This document shows, one piece after another, positions 59,398-64,000 of a DNA stretch of 64,000 bases (position 1 is its first letter; every line of letters starts with the position of its first letter). A model generated the notes under the pieces. It ran no database searches, was not told the origin of the DNA, and saw only the letters and a program-made list of their open reading frames with translations. The DNA is from Promethearchaeia archaeon (GTDB taxonomy: Archaea > Asgardarchaeota > Lokiarchaeia > Sigyniarchaeales > SOKP01), in assembly GCA_046483985.1 (NCBI GenBank), contig JAWOCD010000022.1, positions 16 through 64,015 on the forward strand, written 5' to 3'. The translations under genes were made by a program, and so were the position numbers.

Positions 59398-59694
59398 TTA
59401 GATCTCTGCACCGCAAAATGTACAATATGAAGCGTCTTCATCTTCTATGTGATTTCCACAATTTGGACAGATTAATTTCTTTTCGGAGTGCTGTGTTGTT
59501 TTCTTTGGTCTTTTAACCGGTTCAACTTGTTCTTTCTTAACATCTGATGTCTGACTATGCGTCAAGAAATAAAGTAATATTATTATCAACGTAACCAACA
59601 AAATTAAACCAATTAGAATAAAAACCCCTAGATCGGGTGTCCAATCAAAATCCATCATCTGATCCATATGTTCACCTTCATGGAAGTTAACCAA
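59398..59694 (-). CDS. Single-pass membrane protein with a His/Met-rich N-terminus and a C-terminal zinc ribbon
   Basis: It has HEGEHMDQMMDFDW, one TM helix, and CPNCG...CTFCG. Confidence 0.5.
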   Translation of the reverse strand: MVNFHEGEHMDQMMDFDWTPDLGVFILIGLILLVTLIIILLYFLTHSQTSDVKKEQVEPVKRPKKTTQHSEKKLICPNCGNHIEDEDASYCTFCGAEI

Positions 59695-59705
59695 TTTTTT
59701 TCACC

Positions 59706-59993
59706 TTAACCTGTGTGAGATTCTTTTTCTCTTGATTGATTGATTTTGTAGTTCTTTCTAACAAGTAAATAAACTAATAAACCTACTACATTAAAGATCA
59801 GAGTAATTATTAACCACATCTCCGCGTTATCGATCCCTCTTTTTAGTGCGTCTTTATGTACATAATATGCGATTATTATGGATGTAGCGATAATAATTGC
59901 CCACCCAAGCACCATAAAAATCCACCAATATGGTCCGAATACATCAAACCACCAATCCATCATGTGATAACCATCATATTCATTTAATATCAA
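59706..59993 (-). CDS. Small three-TM membrane protein (PLD-N-terminal-like / YHKDALKRG motif)
   Basis: It has the N-terminus GYHMMDWWFD and three hydrophobic helices. YVHKDALKRGIDNAEMWLIITLIF is typical of a widespread small membrane domain. Confidence 0.5.
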   Translation of the reverse strand: MILNEYDGYHMMDWWFDVFGPYWWIFMVLGWAIIIATSIIIAYYVHKDALKRGIDNAEMWLIITLIFNVVGLLVYLLVRKNYKINQSREKESHTG

Positions 59994-60028
59994 AATTCTT
60001 CACCTATTTTGTATGGAAGAGTATATAT

Positions 60029-60715
60029 TTAAAAGTAATGATTATTATTTTTAATCTGTAAAATTTCATGGTCTCTTTTTCGGGCGGCCCGGGAAATCAT
60101 CGCTTTTATTATCCCTGCCTGATCTATGTTCCGAGATTTGACAACTTTGAACCCTGCAGATTTGAGATTGGAAATTTGGTCCCTTGCAAGGTGAAATCCG
60201 CGCATATTAGTTGTTAACGGGTCAAGAACCTTTAAAAGTAAATTCAAAAGTTCATTATACCCTAAACCGTGCTCTATCTGCACCAAAAAACCTTCTGTTC
60301 TTAATACCTTTTTCACTTTTTTAAGTCCCTTTATGGGATTTGGCACAGAGCAAAATACGCAAGTTGAAGTAACGAAATCAAATGAATTTTTATCAAAATA
60401 ATTGTCTAGGTGTTCGATATCCCCCTCTCTTATTTCTTTTACATAATTGAGATTATATTTCTTAATTTTGGATCGTGCAGATTTCAACATCTCGGGGCTG
60501 AAATCTAAAATCGTGAGATTAACGGAGGGATCATAATGAAATAAATTCAATCCTGTGCCAACTCCTACTTCTAAAATATTACCTCTTAAGGATCGGAACA
60601 GTTTTCTCTCAGAAGAAAAGATATGTTCCATTACTCTATTTTCAAGGTCGTAATATTTGGCGTGTTTGTTGTAAATCTCTTCAGCATTCTTTTCTCGAGC
60701 GATTAAATTAGACAC
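60029..60715 (-). CDS. Class I SAM-dependent methyltransferase
   Basis: ILEVGVGTGLNL is motif I, followed by FDFVTSTCVFCSV. Confidence 0.75.
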   Translation of the reverse strand: MSNLIAREKNAEEIYNKHAKYYDLENRVMEHIFSSERKLFRSLRGNILEVGVGTGLNLFHYDPSVNLTILDFSPEMLKSARSKIKKYNLNYVKEIREGDIEHLDNYFDKNSFDFVTSTCVFCSVPNPIKGLKKVKKVLRTEGFLVQIEHGLGYNELLNLLLKVLDPLTTNMRGFHLARDQISNLKSAGFKVVKSRNIDQAGIIKAMISRAARKRDHEILQIKNNNHYF

Positions 60716-60841
60716 TTTAAAATCATCGTATTATTAATTTAATTTACTTGGTATTATTTTATTAATATATATTTATGAATATATACTTTATGGTTATGAA
60801 TTTTAGAGTACATATTTAAAAATTTAGATAATTTTTAATTA

Positions 60842-61297
60842 TTGAGAAGGAATTTTATGAAGAACAAAAAAATAGAAGTTAAAAATCTGACAAAATTTTA
60901 CGCTCTTTCCTTGTTACGTGTGAAAGAAGCAGTAACGGGTTATTATATATTAAAACGTTTAAAGAATGATTTGGGAAGAACAGCAAGCCCTACCTACATC
61001 TATAAATTTTTAGATGATCTTAAAGCAAAAGGATATCTAGAAGATGTTGAGACCCCCAACTCAAAGAAATCTAAAGGGTCCCGTTTAACCCCTGATGGAA
61101 AAAAATTCGTGGATAAAATCTTAAACCGTTTTAATAATATAATTGAAGCCGCAATCCAAGACAAAATAAAAGTTTGTTCAAGCTGTGGAGTGAAACTTTA
61201 TAATAGCTCTCATAAAGAAATTATAGATGGAAATACAATGTATTTCTGTTGTAAACATTGTGCAAAAGCTTATAAAGAATCAAAAAATCACCCGTAA
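60842..61297 (+). CDS. PadR-like winged-helix regulator fused to a C-terminal TRASH/YHS-type metal-binding domain
   Basis: VTGYYILKRLKNDLGRTASPTYIYKFLDDLKAKGYLE is PadR-like. CSSCGVKLYNSSHKEIIDGNTMYFCCKHCAKAY fits the TRASH spacing C-x2-C-x19-C-x3-C. Confidence 0.65.
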   Translation: MRRNFMKNKKIEVKNLTKFYALSLLRVKEAVTGYYILKRLKNDLGRTASPTYIYKFLDDLKAKGYLEDVETPNSKKSKGSRLTPDGKKFVDKILNRFNNIIEAAIQDKIKVCSSCGVKLYNSSHKEIIDGNTMYFCCKHCAKAYKESKNHP

Positions 61298-61399
61298 ATA
61301 TATTTTATAGAAATGAGGTTAAATTTTTATTTGATTCTAAGAATTTTTTTAATCAACGATGTAATCGTAAATAGTTTAGCCGCCTTAGAATAATGGCTA

Positions 61400-62584
61400 T
61401 TATTTTTCTAACCGATTTCCACAATTATAACACTTGATATCACTAGATCTATTTATTGCAGAACAAACAGGACAAATAACCATATCAACCTGATTGGGAT
61501 CTCCAGAACGTTCTTCTGTCGATCGTGGAAGGGGACGAGCATGGGATCTCCTATCCTCTCCTGTACTCTGAGTAAATTCGGGTGAAATTTCCTCTTCATG
61601 ATTTTCTTTGTCTTCTGGCATTGCTAATGGATCCTCAACGGAAACAATTTGTGGTCGTTCTTTATCCTCTTGTTCTCGTAGGTAGGAGGTAATATCCCTT
61701 GCTTCAAATCTTATTTCGGCGGGAGGCTCCTCGCCTTTTTGCACTATTTTTGCATATTCCTCATCTAATTTTAATAAATTGAAACAGTTATGACATCTAA
61801 ATAGATGCGGCATCCCAATATTCCTTGTCTTAGCCCAATTTGCCCAGCAAGACATATGCGCAATGGTTTTACAGTTAGGACATCGAAAGAGGGTTTCATC
61901 TGTTTCTTTAAAACAAATTGAGCAAGTCTCTGGCTCTTTGAGAATTTCGACATTATCTGCTAAATTTTCATAGAATGCTTTATCCTTCTGGAATACTGTT
62001 AAGGATTTATTGTAATCAAGTCTATGTTTCTCCGCCAATTGTAACAAGGTTTCATGGAATTCATCTCTGGTGGCAACTTCATAGACTTTTCCTCCGCAGA
62101 ATTCAACCAGTCGTTCTAAATTCTTATGATTATGGGGTTGGCCAAGATGAATGACATCGATGATAAAAGGGATATCTTTTACTTTCTCTACAAGGTTTTT
62201 TAGAACAAGAAAATATTGATCTGAGATTTTTACGCTATTTTTATCGATCAAAATTAGTAATCGAAAGACCTTATCGGAAATCTTTTTAAATACGTCAATA
62301 ATGAATGTGGCGGCCACAAATATACCACCAGCGATATTGGACTTCACTCGAGAATCGCGATATTCATTTAATGCATCGATAATATTATTAAAATCGAAGG
62401 TGAAGTCCTCTAAATATGCGGGCCCGCTCTGCGTGAAAATGATGATATTGAATCTATCAGAGGGATCAATTCCTAACTTTTTATTTGCAAACTCCTCTAA
62501 CCCGTCATAGAGATTTTTTTTCTTTATTGCTTTAGACGAAAGCGCGATAAAGAGAAGAGTATCTTCCGAATTAGTCTGACCCAT
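61400..62584 (-). CDS. vWA-like domain protein with a C4HC3 RING/PHD-type zinc finger and a C-terminal zinc ribbon
   Basis: The N-terminal ~200 aa have vWA-like alternation (RFNIIIFTQSGPAYLEDFT...GGIFVAATF...RLLILIDKNS) but no DxSxS MIDAS motif. Residues 221-267 read C-x2-C-x10-C-x2-C-x4-H-x2-C-x17-C-x2-C. The C-terminus has CPVC...CYNCG. Confidence 0.6.
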   Translation of the reverse strand: MGQTNSEDTLLFIALSSKAIKKKNLYDGLEEFANKKLGIDPSDRFNIIIFTQSGPAYLEDFTFDFNNIIDALNEYRDSRVKSNIAGGIFVAATFIIDVFKKISDKVFRLLILIDKNSVKISDQYFLVLKNLVEKVKDIPFIIDVIHLGQPHNHKNLERLVEFCGGKVYEVATRDEFHETLLQLAEKHRLDYNKSLTVFQKDKAFYENLADNVEILKEPETCSICFKETDETLFRCPNCKTIAHMSCWANWAKTRNIGMPHLFRCHNCFNLLKLDEEYAKIVQKGEEPPAEIRFEARDITSYLREQEDKERPQIVSVEDPLAMPEDKENHEEEISPEFTQSTGEDRRSHARPLPRSTEERSGDPNQVDMVICPVCSAINRSSDIKCYNCGNRLEK

Positions 62585-62781
62585 ACTATAATTATAATTG
62601 TTAATCTCTTATTTAATATATTTTAAATCGAATCCGGAAACGATTCATTTAAATACCGAAATAAAAACAAGGAGGTCTAAAGTTAATAATATTTAATGAT
62701 AAAAAATCGGACTGGATACTGATTTCTTGTTTCTTCGAAAAGGATTTGGAAGAAAGAGATTATCGGGTCTGTGACACGTAC

Positions 62782-62833
62782 GCTCCACTATATGAATAAT
62801 AAATGCTCCACTATATGAATAATAAATGCTCCA
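62782..62833. repeat. 23-bp tandem repeat, 2.26 copies (gctccactatatgaataataaat)
   Basis: Seen directly at 62782-62804, 62805-62827, and a partial copy at 62828-62833. Confidence 0.9.
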
Positions 62834-62858
62834 GAACAGCTTTTGGTATTTTTAATTT

Positions 62859-63354
62859 TTATTTGATTGCCTCGATGACCACAAATGATCCCTTACCGTA
62901 TCCTTCTTCGATTCGTGCCGTTTCCTTTATAGCTGGGAGAGGACGAAAAATAGTTTCGATCGATGAAGCCTATTATTAACTCCCCTTCCTTCTTCAAAGT
63001 CCGGTATATCTCTTTAAACGATCCTTCGATGTCATCGATGAAACAAATGGTAGTCACCATCAGCACGTAATCAAAAACAGTGTTTTTGAAGGGTAAGCTT
63101 TCCCCAATAGAATCAATGAGGGTTTCTATCTTCTTCTTACAAATCATTCGCATCTTACGGGAGGGCTCCACGCCGATGCGGATCCCTAACGGTGCGGCAA
63201 ATCTGCCGCTCCCTACGCCAATTTCACACTCCACCCCCTCCTTGGGAAGGTGTTTTTTTACCGCTAATAGTTCAGATTCGTACGCATATGTATTTTTGAT
63301 GAACCATTTCTCGTATTTGTAGGGATGCTCGTTAAACGGTTTTGTTCGGGGCAA
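62859..63354 (-). pseudogene. Class I SAM-dependent methyltransferase remnant (internal deletion plus frameshift)
   Basis: The N-terminal 130 aa are a normal methyltransferase (EIGVGSGRFAAPLGIRIGVEPS...FDYVLMVTTICFIDD...LKKEGELIIGFIDR). The frame then runs into an Arg-rich tail and stops at 62893. The +1 frame continues as ETIFRPLPAIKETARIEEGYGKGSFVVIEAIK* to 62859, which looks like the family's native C-terminus. Confidence 0.5.
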
Positions 63355-63537
63355 TTTGACCTCACTACGGGTGTTTCGTTAAAAATTAAAGGTAGATAGT
63401 ACTTTCTATGAAGCATAAAAATTTAACGATCTGCGAAAGAAGTCCCCATCCCTTTAGGGTGGGGATGAATTTCGTATATTATACAAACATTTTTATATTT
63501 GTTTTTTGGTATTATCTTAGTAACCAAGTGAAATAGT

Positions 63538-63822
63538 ATGGGATACGAACTTGATAAAGGTGCTCATTCGGTGTATTCATTAAACTACCATTACATCTGT
63601 TGTGTAAAATCTCGAAGAAAAATATTCGATACCGATGAAATAATCAATAGATTAAAAGAAATTAATATATCGTTAGCGGAAAAAAATGATATTAAAATTC
63701 TTAATCAAGAAACCGATCTTGATCACATACACATTATATTCAAACCGAGTTATCTCTTGGTTACGACCGGTCAAGTTACATTAGATCAATTGAAAAAATA
63801 TGTTGACTCACAAGGTGAATAG
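63538..63822 (+). CDS. tnpA: IS200-type Y1 (HUH) transposase TnpA, abnormally short (94 aa)
   Basis: It has YSLNYHYICCVKSRRKIF, the HUH motif DHIHIIF, and the C-terminal KKYVDSQ (catalytic-Tyr region). About 35-40 residues normally found between the HUH motif and the C-terminal helix are absent. Confidence 0.7.
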   Translation: MGYELDKGAHSVYSLNYHYICCVKSRRKIFDTDEIINRLKEINISLAEKNDIKILNQETDLDHIHIIFKPSYLLVTTGQVTLDQLKKYVDSQGE

Positions 63823-63825
63823 AAA

Positions 63826-64000
63826 GTGCAATTAAGTCAAAAAATTCGGATATATCCTACGGAAGAACAATTACAAGTACTTTGGGATTTATCGGAAAAA
63901 TGCCGTTTGATATATAATTTTGCACTTTCGGATCGCATCAACACTTGGAAAAACCAAAAGAAAAAACCAAAGCAGGAAAGAAAATACATAACATACACAC
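63826..64000 (+). CDS. tnpB: TnpB (OrfB) RNA-guided nuclease, N-terminal 58 codons only (3'-partial)
   Basis: The GTG at 63826 gives VQLSQKIRIYPTEEQLQVLWDLSEKCRLIYNFALSDRINTWKNQ..., the typical TnpB N-terminus (K-x-R-I-Y-P-T-x-E-Q...G-x-x-R-x-x-Y-N). The frame is open to the window end. Confidence 0.8.
   Translation, partial: MQLSQKIRIYPTEEQLQVLWDLSEKCRLIYNFALSDRINTWKNQKKKPKQERKYITYT

Larger units (their letters stand above)
63421..64000 (+). mobile_element. IS200/IS605-family insertion sequence, left end plus tnpA plus the 5' part of tnpB (continues beyond the window)
   Basis: The left-end hairpin CCCCATCCCtttaGGGTGGGG lies at about 63444-63464. Y1 transposase and TnpB genes follow. The left end is shared with the miniature copies at 8155 and 21774. 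Confidence 0.85.

Noticed and set aside
61771-61953. A 60-aa minus-strand ORF and a 69-aa plus-strand ORF (62301-62510) within the vWA/RING gene.
   Set aside because: They are alternative-frame artefacts. The long frame carries the ordered Cys/His ligand pattern.

Overview
This is an AT-rich, densely coding chromosomal segment of about 60 genes with no rRNA, tRNA or CRISPR array that I can support. It is most consistent with an archaeon. The evidence is methanopterin and F420 cofactor genes (MptA/FolE2-type GTP cyclohydrolase, MJ0107-like dihydropteroate-synthase-like protein, CofG/CofH, archaeal-type RibD-C reductase), an endonuclease Q-like PHP nuclease, a ubiquitin-like GG protein plus an E1-like enzyme, and poly-T runs after genes. 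I cannot assign a lineage from sequence alone. The main blocks, in order: (1) 1-8.9 kb holds a surface protein with PPC-like repeats, small regulators, a glycyl-radical-enzyme (GRE) activase, a GH2 beta-galactosidase and a membrane protein. (2) 9.3-17.6 kb is a co-directional block joining a divergent GRE, an aminotransferase, a DUF362-ferredoxin, an SCP2-like protein and a 2-hydroxyacyl-CoA-dehydratase-like pair, with no activator ATPase in the window. (3) 17.9-28.2 kb is a pterin/deazaflavin cofactor neighbourhood. It includes a tightly overlapping deaminase-reductase-CofG-CofH operon. (4) 32-49.9 kb is a very large sulfur-mobilisation island. It carries two IscS/IscU modules, DsrE/TusA, LarE-like and TtuA-like PP-loop enzymes, an E1-like enzyme, a second TusA, CysE/CysK, MetX/MetW, two more PLP enzymes and a MoaD/ThiS-like GG protein. 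(5) 52.5-55.7 kb holds three consecutive radical-SAM genes. (6) 55.9-61.3 kb is a copper island with CopA and a PadR-TRASH regulator. (7) 61.4-64 kb holds a vWA-like protein with a C4HC3 RING/PHD-type finger, a decayed methyltransferase, and the left part of an IS200/IS605 element (shortened tnpA plus the tnpB 5' end). Two gene-less miniature derivatives of that element sit exactly on the stop codons of minus-strand genes at 8.2 kb and 21.8 kb. All functional calls rest on motif recognition by eye. No database search was run.
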